A stretch of DNA of 64,000 bases from Podarcis vaucheri (taxonomy: Eukaryota). The translations under genes and the position numbers were made by a program. This document shows positions 1-13,554 of this stretch, piece by piece. Position 1 is the first letter of the stretch, and each line of letters starts with the position of its first letter. The stretch lies in assembly GCA_965113315.1 (NCBI GenBank), contig OZ220371.1; one strand, 5' to 3'. The notes under the pieces were generated by a model. The model had not been told where the DNA came from and made no database searches. It saw only the letters and a program-made list of their open reading frames with translations.

Positions 1-672
1 TAAGAATCACGATTCAATCCTTTCCTCTTTGAACTAACCACTGGACCTCTCCAGTGTTAGGTTATAATGGGAAACTATGATTACTTTAAAAGAGGAAGCA
101 AGGATGGAGAGGGGAAGGGGACAAGTCTGAGGCTCATTCTTACAACACTAAACCACAGCTTTTGTGCTCTATCTAAAACAGCCCACGTGGGGAGGTAATC
201 TAACTATCGTATTTGTGAAGCATTTACTCTGGTGTTCAAAACACCTTGGGAATAAAGTAAAATTTGTAACACACCTCCCTCCCCTGCAATTGTAACTTAT
301 AAAACTCGACATAATGAATCAATAATTGAAAAAAGACACGGAAGGGTACAGCATACATTTCTGGGAAAGACAGTTTTCTCTAAATATATTTCTTCCCACA
401 ATTGCTTTTAAATGGGAACTGGATCATCTTTCTACACAGTTGCACCACAAAATCTGCATCTGTGTGCTGAAAATACAAACCAATAATGAATTGCAAGACT
501 AAGCACCAAGTATATGATAATGTCTATTACTACACAGTGTACAAATTAAAGTTCTTGGTTGCATGGGCATTTTAATATATGCTATTATAATGCCTTGGAA
601 GTATTCCATAAAATATGGTGCCCAGCTCTTCTCAACTCTATATTGAAGTTGTGAACATCTACCAGCAACGTA

Positions 673-914
673 CAGTGGTACCTCGGGTTAAGTACTTAAT
701 TCGTTCCGGAAGTCCGTTCTTAACCTGAAACTGTTCTTAACCTGAAGTACCACTTTAGCTAATGGGGCCTCCCACTGCTGCTGCGCCGCCAGAGCACGAT
801 TTCTGTTCTCATCCTGAAGCAAAGTTCTTAACCCAAGGTACTATTCCTGGGTTAGCGGATTCTGTAACCTGAAGCGTATGTAACCTGAAGCGTATGTAAC
901 CCAAGGTACCACTG
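673..914 (+). mobile_element. Tc1/mariner (Tigger/pogo-like) MITE, family A
   Basis: TIRs CAGTGGTACCTCGGGTTA / TAACCCAAGGTACCACTG, TA on both flanks, 242 bp; near-identical copies at 12609, 44509 and 63654. Confidence 0.9.
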
Positions 915-2069
915 TACCTAGCTGAGATATGTCTAATTATAGTATTTCCTTTTGTACTCAGAAAATACATGCAGACAAGAATGGAGACAATTCTCTTCAC
1001 TGCCATACACCCATCGTCTGTCTTGAATTATTGCCATGACAACTTTCTTCTGTCTGCAAAAATTAAGACGCAACCTACCCTGAAGTTCTGTATCTTGTCC
1101 AACCAATTGGAGACATCACCAAATCTGTACACATCAGAAAGGAATTTCTAGAATGCTGGAGGTCACATTAAGTTCTTTCAAGTTTCCCTAACCCATTGTC
1201 ATTCAGTGTGTCTGCTATATAATTTTGCATGGACAGAGGCTACAATTGGAGTTATCAAGCAAGCAAATTTGTTCAAACCAAATGAAAGGCATTTCTATAG
1301 CATGAGTCCCTAAGGTTCAAAGCCAATTTTCTTTTCTTTTTTTCCATGTGGACAGGATTGCCTATTATTGGGGATATTTCAGTCCACCATGCGTGTACAA
1401 ATTAATGACATTCTGCTTTGCATTTGAAAGAAACTGAGATTTAAAACTAGTCTACTGCTTTCTTCTTACAATAAGTTAATGAAATGGAAGGATAACAACA
1501 AGATTAACAAAGGGTAATGACTTGGAATGACTGAAGAAAAGTATCTGCCCCGTCACTTTTCTGCTTCTGTAATAAAGACACTTCGGTAACAATGTATTCT
1601 TTTCTCTAAATGAAAGCAAACATCAACTAAATAAAGGTTAGCTTCCCATAAACAAGAACACTACATATTATTTAACCAACTTATCAATACCTTTGTTTAG
1701 TTGTCTGATGAAAGCTACAGAACTCATGTCTTATTGATTGTGGGACAAAAAGTAATTCAAATTATTTGAAAACCCATGTTCTTTTTTCCCTCAGTGACAC
1801 AATACAGCAAATTACAGATCACAACATATTTTGGTTGCTTCCTGGTTTACAGTTCTATTTTTGCACAACCAGAAATATGTGGCCCAACAAATCTACAAAG
1901 CCTTTGTATGAGCTAAATTTTACTTATGCACATATTTTTGGACTGAATGGCCCAATGCATAATGACACTACAGAGAAATATTCACTGCTTCAGAAGCCTG
2001 GGAGTCTCTTTAGTGGTTTAACATGATACAAACAGTTCCTCTGATGGCATAAATAAGATTTTGCTTTCT

Positions 2070-2260
2070 GGTGCTCAAATCCCCACTCGGCCATGAAGAT
2101 TGCTGGGGGATCATGGGAAAGTCACCGTCTTCAGCCTCACCTACCTTGCAGGGCTGTTGTGAGAATAAATAGAGCAGGGAAGAGATCCATGTACGTCATC
2201 TTGAGTTTCTTTGAGGAAAGGTGGGATATAAATGTAACAGTAATGATAATACTATAATAA
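2070..2260 (+). mobile_element. MIR/CORE-like SINE with L2-type tail
   Basis: ctcaaatcccc...cagcctcacctaccttgcagggctgttgtgagaataaa...gggatataaatg; similar copy near 32295-32500. Confidence 0.6.
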
Positions 2261-2422
2261 TAGGAGCTTCTCACTCTCAACTCAAGGGCTGAAATCAAAT
2301 GAATACTTCCCTTGACCTTTTTTTGCTTTGTCTTGTAGCTTTCAACTGTTGATGTGAGACACACACATGCATGCACATGTAGGTTCCTAAAAACATTGTT
2401 TCAGATGGACTACAGAAGGTAT

Positions 2423-2667
2423 TCCTGCCAACCTAGCAGTTCGAAAGCACGTCAAAGTGCAAGTAGATAAATAGGTACCGCTCTGCTGGGAAGGTAAACG
2501 GCGTTTCCGTGCGCTGCTCTGGTTCGCCAGAAGTGGCTTAGTCATGCTGGCCACATGACCCGGAAGCTGTACGCCGGCTCCCTCAGCCAATAAAGTAAGA
2601 TGAGCGCCACAACCCCAGAGTCAGCCACGACTGGACCTAATGGTCAGGGGTCCCTTTACCTTACCTT
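2423..2667 (+). mobile_element. Sauria SINE, 5'-truncated
   Basis: Core gcaagtagataaataggtacc, ACCTTT-type tail, near-perfect TSD TACAG(A/G)AGGTAT at 2411-2422 and 2668-2679. Confidence 0.88.
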
Positions 2668-3435
2668 TACAGGAGGTATACCTTTGCTGCCACCACCAAG
2701 TGCTCAAACAGAAGATGAGAAGACCAGGTTGTACTCTGCAGAGGACCTGAACTCATACCTTCCCCTAGCAGTTGCTATTCCTTCAAAAAGTAGGCTGGAC
2801 TGTTTTTTGGGGGGGGTGGGGGGTGAGGGTAGCGGTGGGAGCAGAGACAATTTGTGGAACATGACCTTTGATATTTCATCCCCCCAATTCAGCTTGAACA
2901 TGTGCTAGAAAGCAGACAAAAATGGATAGTAACCTCAATGTTTGTAATGGCAAAGGCTTAGACATGAATACAGTTGACTCAAAACTTACTCACATTTAAC
3001 TTGCACATTTAACTTGTGCAACCCTTAGTCAATAAATACTTTCTAAAAATGAATTCAAGCAAGGCATCTGAAAATAGTTTGCACCTAAGAACTTTATGTT
3101 TCTCACTGCTGCCCTTAAAGTGACACTAAAAAGCAGGAGGATTTCACTTGTGTTTTCAATTAACCATGGCTATCATTAAGTCTGAACCCAAAAAACTCTA
3201 AAATTGTGCTCAACCTTAAGTCAGAATCATAAACCAGCAATGCTGTAGATCAATTATTCTTCAGTGTTTCTGAGGGTATGAGGGATGAATAGTTTTTTTA
3301 AAAAAGTTTTGATACAACTTTTGCTACTAGGTGAAGTTGCTTTGGTTGCAGCTTTTATTTATTAATAGTTGTATTTATTGTGTTTTGATGTTTTCTTCTA
3401 TTGTTTTGTACATGGCCTATATGTTTTGTGAGCAA

Positions 3436-3477
3436 CAATAAATAATAATAATAAATAATAATAATAATAAATAATAA
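3436..3477. repeat. (AAT)n-like microsatellite, probably a retroelement tail
   Basis: Read directly. Confidence 0.85.
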
Positions 3478-6400
3478 CCTTAGACCTTCCAAATGTTTTT
3501 GGAATCCCAACAACTATCACCAATAGCCAGCAGGCCAATGATCAATGGTCATGGATATGGGAGTTATAGTTCACAACGTCTGGAGCACCACAGATTCCCC
3601 AACCCGGTCATAAAGCAAGGTTTTGAAGCAGAATTGTTTCCCTATACCAATGTTAAGATTAACCACAGTTTGTCACAGGTTTCTAAATAATGATAAACTG
3701 CAGTTACTTAAAACAAAATTAAGAACTTCCGATTTTCTCCTTGATGATGCACTGGAAGATGAGAGGACGGGGAGCTTTTTCACCAAATCTTTACCATAGC
3801 TTACATGGTTATATGTGAAAGAGGCCACAGCTGCAAGGATGCATAAAAAAGCTTGCCAAATCACCTGCAGCTTTGGTAAATGAGGCTATTGCATCTTGTG
3901 CTACAAATCAGATGCAATACTATGATTGTGGTGACAAGAATGAAGTGCTTTTAGAATGGTATATATCTGCATGAACCATAGCCAGCCAAATTCTACCTTT
4001 GCCCTGCTTTATTAATGCAAAAGACCAGCTAACAATGTATTTAAAGACAACAAGATTATAAGGGATTCACCTAACTCGTGTAACGCTTCCTGTTGAAAAT
4101 ATGAGAAAGTTGAGGAGAACTAAATGTAGTGCTTAGTCATTGCTTGCATCTTTTAACCTTCCATCTTCTACAAATGTATCACTTATAAGTCAAATACGAT
4201 CAGTACAATGATTAATGTTATTAATCTAAATAATCATTTCATTTATATCAGTCTGGAATGTTTTTTGTGGGGGGATGTTTCTAAAGGATGTCTGCTGACT
4301 GCAATTAGGCAATGTGAGATACCTGAATGACTATGACAAATACAGACAGAGAGCCTTAGGAAGTCAGATAAAACTGTAATAAAACTGTTATAAGTAATCT
4401 GAATGTGTGGGTAAAGAATGGTATTGAGAAAGATAATGCAAATAATATTTGTGGGAAGAAATGACATAGCTATCAATAGCATTGTTTCCACCTATTTGGT
4501 ATCATTTATGAAAGTGGCTTGTGTAAATCAGAGGAGCGGAATGTGTGGTCCTCAACTGCCATCAGCCCCAGTTAGCATGGCCAATACTCAGGAACGACAG
4601 AAATTAAAGGGCCAAAGGTTCCCTGACCCGTCATAAATAAACCTAAGTTAAAATCCAACTTCAGCCTGAAACACTGACCCTAAATGTACATACCAATGTA
4701 TGAGTGAGACTTTTGGCCTAATATGATCTACTCTGACAAAAAAATGATTCTCTAGTCTTGCTATGTGAAATCCCTTGGATGGAAATGCTTGGGAATAAAG
4801 CACAGCCCTTTTACATGCAAGGCATATACATTTCCATTGACCTGTGGGCTCCTTCCCAAATTTACCACTATCGCTTACCTATTAAAATATTTATACCTTG
4901 CCTCTCAATGGTATGATAAAAATTAATTGATGTTGAAAGAGTAAAACCATTAAATGGAAAAAGTATAATAGAGGCAGGAGGAATAACAGTTATGTAAACA
5001 AGCCATTTGTCACTTTCATGTGCTGGGTTAATTAATATTCTAAAAAGGGCTTCCAAAAGCTGAATACCTCTCAAGCTCTGAATTCATAGGGCTGACCTTA
5101 AGACTTTCTCAGAATGATTTTTAATGCAGTCTGTTATCAGCAAAACCCGTTGAAAACACATGCCCCATCTGCCAGTACCCCACTTGCAAAAGAACTTCTT
5201 ATACTTGCAGACAGTGCAGCTTCTGCCTGCTTCCCTCTCTCTTCTAAATACCAGCTGTATGATAATGAGCGCAAACAGCTGAAAAATACTGCACAGTAAC
5301 AAAGCTGGTACGAAATGGGCAGAACAACGCTCCCACTCAAAGAAGCAGTTGCAGCATGAACTTTGCAGATTAGCCATTGAACAGAGGTGGGGGAGGTTTG
5401 GAAAAAAGAAAAGAAGGGCCTGTACAGATAGCGAGAGAATGGAGAGAAAGGAAAGGGGGGGGGGGAGACTCAAGAAGGGGCACAAGAATCTAATGAAAAG
5501 CCTAAATTCTAAAGTACTTTTGTTAAACTGCATGAACCAATTCTTCACATTTTCTACAGCTTTTTCCTGATGCACTAATGATATGCCAAGTGCCATTCTG
5601 ATCATTTGCAAGTTCAGTGTGTTTCCAAAAAGACACCAACTTGTTAATGAAAGTTTGCTATTCATTAACAAACCACTCCATCAGCTACAGGGGGCTATGA
5701 GAAGGGAAACACATATGAATTAGCACACATTATTTCTCTTATTTAAAAGTTTGCCACTTCATTGAGGGCTGAACAGCAATTACAATCTTCTAATGTTAAC
5801 TTTTTAAAATAGTTTAAAGAGCCCTTCGTATAGTAAAAGCTTTGCTAAAACAGCTGTATGCTTCCAAACTGTGATCCCGCTGTAATGACTTTTCAAAACC
5901 ATGCATGATTGCAGGTAACTTGGTTGGTCAACTAGAAATCCAAAAAGTTTGTTACACAGTAGCTACAATTTAGTGCCAAGTAAACCAAATCCTACATTGT
6001 GTGTAATTTATATGCCACACTAGCTTAAGTTGAATATTTATACCATTTTTCTCTTAGTCATGGGGTGGCAAACTATGTAAGTCACTGAATCCTTCCCCCG
6101 CTATCCACAGGGTAACCATAACCGTCATGCTCTACTTGTTAATTTTTGAGAGGCCAGTGTTAGAAACAGAATACTGGATTAGATGCAAATTGGACTGATC
6201 CAACAAGACAATTGTTTTCCATGTCTGCATGTTGCAATCCCAGAAATCTGAGAATGAACTAAATAGCTTCTGAAGGGCATACGGTTTATAAAAAATATAT
6301 TCCCGTTATTACATCATTTAGCTATGCATTCGCTAGTGAAGCATACATCAGACAAGGTATTAGTAAAATTTTTAAATTAGTAAAATTTCAAAATGTTAGC

Positions 6401-9400
6401 TATTTTAACCTATTTCTATACTGCTTTTCTAGGCAAAGCCCATCCAAAGCAGGTTATGAAACTCTAAATTACAATGATAAAATCGTCTGTATTAGAAAAC
6501 CGGAGATATTTTCCCATCTCAAATATGTCCAACTAAATTATACTCCCAATAGTGTCTCTAGTGCTCCCGAGTTCATCTGATCCCTGCCAAATTCAAACCA
6601 CACCGCAAAGGAACAATCGGGAACACACTTTTGCCACACCCAGTTCTGTCTTTGGCCCACAGAAGGTTGGTCACATTCCAATCTCACCTTTGGACTGAAA
6701 CTAGTTTTCTATCCTTGCAGTAGATCAGTGAAAGCAATGTATGGGTTTCCTCCATGAGTCGTGTTGGTTATAATCCACAAAATTTCTTCTTAAAGTGTAG
6801 TTTCCTTAATGAACTCTGTCGGACATTTCATTCTAGGGATCATTTCCAAGGCATATAGTGCTGTATTCCATAGTCCGTACTTCTTTACTTATTATTTTCC
6901 ATTACACTCTAAATATAGGAATGTAGCATATATAAATATGCAACCCAATTCAGCATGGTAACTCTAACAAACTACAATCTCAAATTCTCAAAGGCTGCTT
7001 AGCATCTGTGAGTTTGTACTTTATAAAACAAAAATAATTTTTAACTATTCACTGCCAAAGAGAAACAAAACTAGATATAATATTTTTCCATGGAGGAAAT
7101 ATTAAAAAGAAGTGGAGACAATTGTGAAACAAATATGATTCATATTAATTAATGCCATGTCATTTTTGTCCATTAATTTTTTACAGTACTTTAGAAATGT
7201 ATTTGGGTGTGATCAATACATCATAGACATCTCTATACTATCACTTTCGCAAAGCATAATGAAGACCTAATCCTGTACCTCCTTATTCACAATGATACTT
7301 GGAAATGAGGTGTTAAATTAGAGTCATGTAAGATTTATCTGGAGTTTTATGCTGAATGTTAATTACGTATGAGTACTGTTTATTGCCACTCTTAATTTTG
7401 AAAATCTTTGAATTGTACAGCATATTAGCCTCTGTTGTATTGGCATATTTCCCCTCCATCACCAAACCAAGTTACATCAAGTAGAATACAGAGGTTGAAA
7501 GTAAAAATTCAATTTTAAGTCACCTATAGAGACTGTTGTTGGGCAGTCAACATATAAATAATACAGAGATATATACTTATGTCACACCAACAGAAAATTG
7601 CTCTAACACAATCAAAGAAAATCAAATATTGACAACAGCGTACATATGGTTTTGCAGTACTTAATTTACTTCAATCATTAGAACAGGCACAATTCTGGCA
7701 ATATCTGCAGATTAGGGAACTTTAAAAATAGTACTACAGTGCCCCTACATGTTCACTGATAGAAGAGCAGCTCAACATATAACTTGCCACAGTCAAGTGA
7801 AAAGCACGTAATCAGCTAAAACATTAGCACATGCTATTATAGTGTGTTTATGTAAACAGAAAATCAGAAATATTCACATTTGGAAGTATGTTCTGCATGG
7901 TAGATGCAGATTTAGACAGATTTCCAGCTGTCTAACAGCTGAAGGGCTTGGCAGTACCTGAAAGATACCCCCTCCCCTGTAAACACTCCATTTACCCTAA
8001 ACTCCTTGCAGTAAAGAGTACACAAATATAACATGTAACTTGGGCACACACAGGTTATAGGATATAAACTGACTCTCACACATGACTGTTAAGTCTAGTA
8101 GTACTTCAATATCACTGAATGTTTACAAACACTTTAATTGATATGGGGCAAGTTTAACTCTGTGCCACTTTTGTGCAAACTCCTTCTCGGTAACAGTCAT
8201 GTGAGACCATAGCAGTTTTGATGATAAATTGAGATCAACAGAATAAATGGAATTATGTTTTTCTTTTGAAAAGATGCTAAAGAACATGAAAAGATGAAAA
8301 TAGTGTCATGGTGGATTCAGAGTTGTAAGCATTGTTGTCAGAGGCATACCTAGGCTCCCCTGCACCCTTGGCAAGGGGATGTAGGACCCCCCTCCAAAAC
8401 CCCCAACATGGTTCAATAATGACAAACTTAGGAATTAACAGCGCAATCCTATACATGTCTACGCAAAAGTAAACTCCACTGAGTTCAATGGGGCTTACTC
8501 CCAGGAAAGTGGGTACACAGGACTGCAGCCTAAATCTGGCAGGAACTTCTGGCAATACCTCGCTTGCCTTTTCATTACTTCCGACAAGGCGCCAGCAGAA
8601 AGGCACTTATTTGGAGGCTGTACCTGATTGCACACTGTACTCAGAAGTAAGCCCTGCTCAAGTCAATGGCCCTTGCTCTCTGGGGTAAACATGCACGTCC
8701 TGGAAACTGGTCAATGTAGGAAAGAAACCAGGGGAAAGCAACTTGCCTGTGCTAAATTAAACATCTCAGCTGATGTTTCTCCGTCACCACATCAGCCCTG
8801 GACAGAGAGTCAAGCAGGTGTGTCCTCACGGGGAGCCCCACTACAGACTGACTGGAGAGGGAACTCTATAGAAATTCCTCTGCTGAAGCACCTAGAGGGA
8901 AGTGATTTTTGCACCCTCTGGCCTGCGCTGTCGGCAAAGGCTAATGCGGTCAATCCCAAGGTACACCTCTGATTGTTTCAGAAAAATGTGGTGAGAAAAA
9001 AATGGGGGTTAAGGTAATCAATAATTATGTTGATTCAGGATAAAGCAATCAATAATCTATGACAAACGACTCTGTCTATTTAAGTAATAAAACTGATGTA
9101 AGATTTGCAATTCCATCCCTTGATCCAGGTCCGATCTATATAAAATGTATTTTTTTAATTTTTAAAAAAATTCTTTCTCTCACTCTCACTCTCTCTGCTT
9201 GCTGCCTACCAACACTTCTTCAGATGTTCTCCCTCAGCTGAAAGTCCCACACCCCTGTGTTAATATGAGATGGAGCTCAGAAATGCTATTTCACAAAGTA
9301 GATGAGCTGCAGGAAGTTAAATCTTCAGTTGGCATAGAAAGTGAGTTGGGTGCTTTCTCAATGCAGGTATGATGTGAGGGCTGTACTGCCTTATAAACAA

Positions 9401-11789
9401 ACTTCTGGGGGTGACATGTCAGTAGTGAGCATGGCCAGAGACAAAAGTAAGTGGAGCAACAGAAGCATCTCTTGCCTTTTTTTACAGGCTACATTTCAGT
9501 CAGTCAGTGGTTTCCTACACACATAAAATCAGAGGCATTACCGCATTTCAAGGACACTTCCTGTCAGGCAAAAGCACTTGAAGAGGGTGTGGAGCAAGGG
9601 CATTGAGGCGTGGGGCCCAGGGAGAGCCACAGGCTCAAAAGAGAAGCCTGAAAAACCATGTCTGTCCCCCACACCTGAGGTTTCCCACTCCCACCTTAAA
9701 TGAAGAATTACACGTCAATAAATCAAATGATTCATTCCAGTTACAATCTTGAATCTCTGCTTTTTAATTACAGGTTCTGTTTTATGCTGTTTCACTGGAT
9801 TGCTAACTAGCAGATTTGAATCCTTATTAGAGGACCCAACTAACTTTGCTGCATTGGGTACTTGTAATGGTGTGTCAAATAAGAGATGGTTATATTGAGT
9901 GAGGTTAGTGGGTTACATTCAAAGCAGCACTAATGTGAACTGGACTGAATCTTCTTGAATTGCAGAGCCCCTCTAGATGTTAAGCATATTCTTCCCTCCA
10001 TTTCCTAAATTCTTTGGCCATTTTCTCAAGCATAAATCTCTACTGTCCTTTCCTTTAGGTTCCTTTGCCTCCTTGCCAGAGAGCTTCCCTGTATCAAGGG
10101 CAGGGGTCCTTAGATTTTTGACTAGCCTTGGTATCCCGACAAAATTGACGCTGGTCATCAATCTTACCAAAGAGGTAAGTTCTTGTCTCTGTCATCATGT
10201 GGGCATTTGAGATATGATTGACACCCCAGAAGCATAGCACAACTTCATGTGGAGAAGATATTCTACCTTCTGAAGCTCAGGAACTCCATCTTTGGGAGGT
10301 GGTATAGGCTCAGCTCTGTGCTTGCCAGAGAAGAGAAGGCAATTCACTATGGCAACTGTGCGGAACAAATTTGTGGACGCAGGATCCTGAGATCTTTTCC
10401 CACTGCTCAGCAGGATTCTGTACAATTTGTAAAGTCAACAAAATGACAACTTTCCTGTCTCTGTAAACTGTAAATTCCATGAGAAACTGGAAATTATATG
10501 CCACCACACCAGCTTGGTCAGTCAGTCAATGTCAGAGGTTTCACACAACATGGATTTTCTGGGATCATTGTAAAGAAAAATAAGCAGACTATATTGGCTT
10601 CACAGCACTTTACAAAAATAAACTATTAACAATATCTATATTGCTTGCATTATACATAATAAAGACAGGAAAGTGATATTTAACTCCATCACATTATTTT
10701 AATTGCACCTACAAACAATAAAGCAGGAAGTAGTCAATGCAACAACATTTTCTGTTGCAACTAATCTTCAAATGTAATAATTTCACACATTTATGTGCTT
10801 TTAATGCTAATATCTATACATTTTATTTTGCCTTTTATCATCTTTATTCAGTACTTTTTTGTCTTTTGCAAATCATGGTCTGATTTAATTTCTGGTATAA
10901 GGAAAGATAGAGTTGCAATGTGTTAACAGCAAATTTACAGGTCTAAGTAAATAAAACCAGTAAGATTATCACAATTTGGAATAAATCCCCTGCTTCCATG
11001 AAAATGTAGCTTGACAGTAATTGGTACCAGTTTAAATATAGATGAAGAGAAATCACAGCAACGATAAAAGCTTTGCACCAACTTAAACATAATAAGCAAC
11101 TAATAACTGTCTGAAGTACAATCTGACAAATACAAATTGAATTTAACAGCAGACAAGATCTAGTAAAACTGTTGCACTGGTGCCAGAGTTAAATTTCTCC
11201 ACTAAACCAGTAAATTTAGGTTGGGTGAGAATTTTCTTTTCTTTAGGAATGATTTAATTACGCTGGTAGAGAATCAAAGGATTCCAAAAATACTCTCAAA
11301 TTTCCAATGTAAATGTTCCTGCAAAGAAAATTATTTATCATGTTTGTGAAAAAGTGTCAACAATGTAGCATGGCAGATTTAAGGTTTGCAGACAAGGGGG
11401 GGGAGCAGTGGATTGATACAATTTTAAAAATGCACATAAGGTATCCTAGACTACATCTGTTACTGTTATATATTGCATGCTAGAGGGCTTAGGCGAAACA
11501 GCTGTCTGCACTAGCAGTATCACATGTTATCTGTGCCCAATAATCATAAAAGAAATGAACTCAAGTTTTCACTGCACCCTATAAATGGCCATTTTTGCAC
11601 TCCACTTCCTGACTTCCTATTGCAAAATGAATGAAAACCAAGCTCTTTGCAGGTGCAAACAAACTCATTTTGCTTTCCCCCCTTTTCCTTCACTATTAGA
11701 AGTAACAGTGTTTCACATTGCTGTTTGCAAGAAGAAGCTGAAAGCCTGGCTCAATTACCATCCCAGAAGCTGGCTATTAATCACAGGCT

Positions 11790-12030
11790 CATAGAATTGA
11801 GGAGCTGGAAGCAGCCACCGGGGGTCATCAAGTCCAACTGTCTGCAATGCAAGAATCACAACTAAAGAATCCCTGGTGGCCGTCCAACCTCGGTTTAAAA
11901 ACCTCTAGTGAAGGAGAGTCCACCACCTTCCGAAGGAAGTCCGTTCCACTGTCAAACAGCTCTGACTTTCAGAAAGGTCTTCCTAATATTTAGTCAGAAT
12001 CTTCTTTCTTGTAATTTGAATCCACTGGTT
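11790..12030 (-). mobile_element. CR1 LINE 3' end
   Basis: catagaat tail; ccaacctcggtttaaaaacc...gttccactgtcaaacagctctgac...ttcctaatatttag. Confidence 0.8.
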
Positions 12031-12608
12031 GCCCTCATCTCAAGATTCCTCCCTTGTTTAGTATACTTCATAAAACTGAATGTTAGGTGCTTGGGTGCAA
12101 TTCTGAAAATTCAAAGTGTATACATAGCAAACATTCCAAACGCGCAGCTCATTAAGAAGGCAGAATGTTTGCAGAAGACATACATAGATTAAATTGGGCC
12201 AGCAAAATATCAATATCTGAAACGAAATCAATTGCTAGTAGGGTTCTGTTTATAGTCATAGACTAACAGGAAGACCACCTCACTCCTGAGAGCAGTATCT
12301 TGGGATTGGCGGAGCCTCTCTAAGTGTGCTGCTGAAGAAAATGTGCTATGAGAAAAATGTGAATGGAATGCAGCAGTACTAAAGCAAATAGTCAAGACTG
12401 CCCGCATTCTTGTCAGCTGTTGGTGTTATCACGAGAAGAAAACATACGGTGGTGCTATTAATAGAAAGTTGCCTTTGGGGAATGTCTACCATTTGTAGTC
12501 TCAGAACAATTAGAAGTACAAGTTCATTTTATCAGTGATGAAACATCAACTATGTAGGTCAGAACCAACATTTAATAGAATGGTTATATTTGAGGGCATT
12601 CATAAATA

Positions 12609-12834
12609 CAGTGGTACCTTGGGTTAAGTACTTAATTTGTTCCAGAGGTCTGTTCTTAACCTGAAACTGTTCTTAACCTGAAGCACCACTTTAGCTAATG
12701 GAGCCTCCCGCTGCTGCCACGCCGCCAGAGCACGATTCCTGTTCTCATCCTGAAGCAAAGTTCTTAACCCGAGGAACTATTTCTGGGTTAGCGGAGTCTG
12801 TAACCTGAAGCGTATGTAACCTGAGGTACCACTG
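12609..12834 (+). mobile_element. Tc1/mariner MITE, family A
   Basis: Same TIRs and TA flanks; 226 bp, lacking one 16-bp subterminal repeat unit. Confidence 0.9.
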
Positions 12835-13169
12835 TATTATCATGTCGCTCCTATGATTCGTCATGAAACACAGAAAAGAAGCCTGGTTCATATTCAAAAC
12901 TAGGAGTTGCCTCATTTGTGGTGATTTGCAATTACTGGTAAATATTTCTCAGGCAGACAAACAGCCATGTTAAATAAGGCAGGGCTACTTTTTCCTCTGT
13001 ACCATGTAAGCTTTCTCACTGCCTTAAAGGTCCTCCACAAACCGAACTGCTGGGATAAGTATGTCTTGAAGACATTTAGAGGAAACAAGTGCTGAACTAT
13101 TTATCTCAGGAGCAGAGCAATAAGAGATCATTGCTGGGCTTCAGAGACATAGGTTGTGCATATCTGGGG

Positions 13170-13554
13170 TAGGGATGAGGGATAAATTGGTTCAGTTTGC
13201 ATTTTCATGTGAACCCACCTAATTTGCACTTCATAAACAAATACACAAACTGGAATGCAGCTTATCCTTCAAAATCTGAACTGCTTCAAATTTGGTGATG
13301 CAGTTCTCTAATTAAAGAGCACACACCCAAAACATCTCTCTGGGGAAATATGTACAAAATGTGGTAAGGGAAAATGTCTGCATATATTATGTTGATAGTA
13401 GGCATCACTGTATACAACACAAATATTATGAGCAATATGCATGGAATTATGCATGTGAATTTTGGTACAGTTTTTTGAAACTGCAAATGGACAGGCACAT
13501 GGAACAAGCTTTAAAATGAGAAAAATACAGCATGGACCTATTTGCCCATCCCTA
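13170..13554. mobile_element. Old non-autonomous DNA transposon (hAT-like)
   Basis: Terminal TAGGGATG...CATCCCTA; no clear TSD. Confidence 0.5.

Noticed and set aside
2387-2590. Recurrent short ORFs containing 'PGHVASMTKPLLANQSS' (also 17928, 32526)
   Set aside because: Translations of non-coding Sauria SINE copies.
5084-5671. 195-aa ORF as the FBXW7 beta exon or a novel gene
   Set aside because: Non-ATG start, biased composition, no MGFYGTLKMIFYK-like beta motif, and the nearby donor is not phase 0 in this frame.
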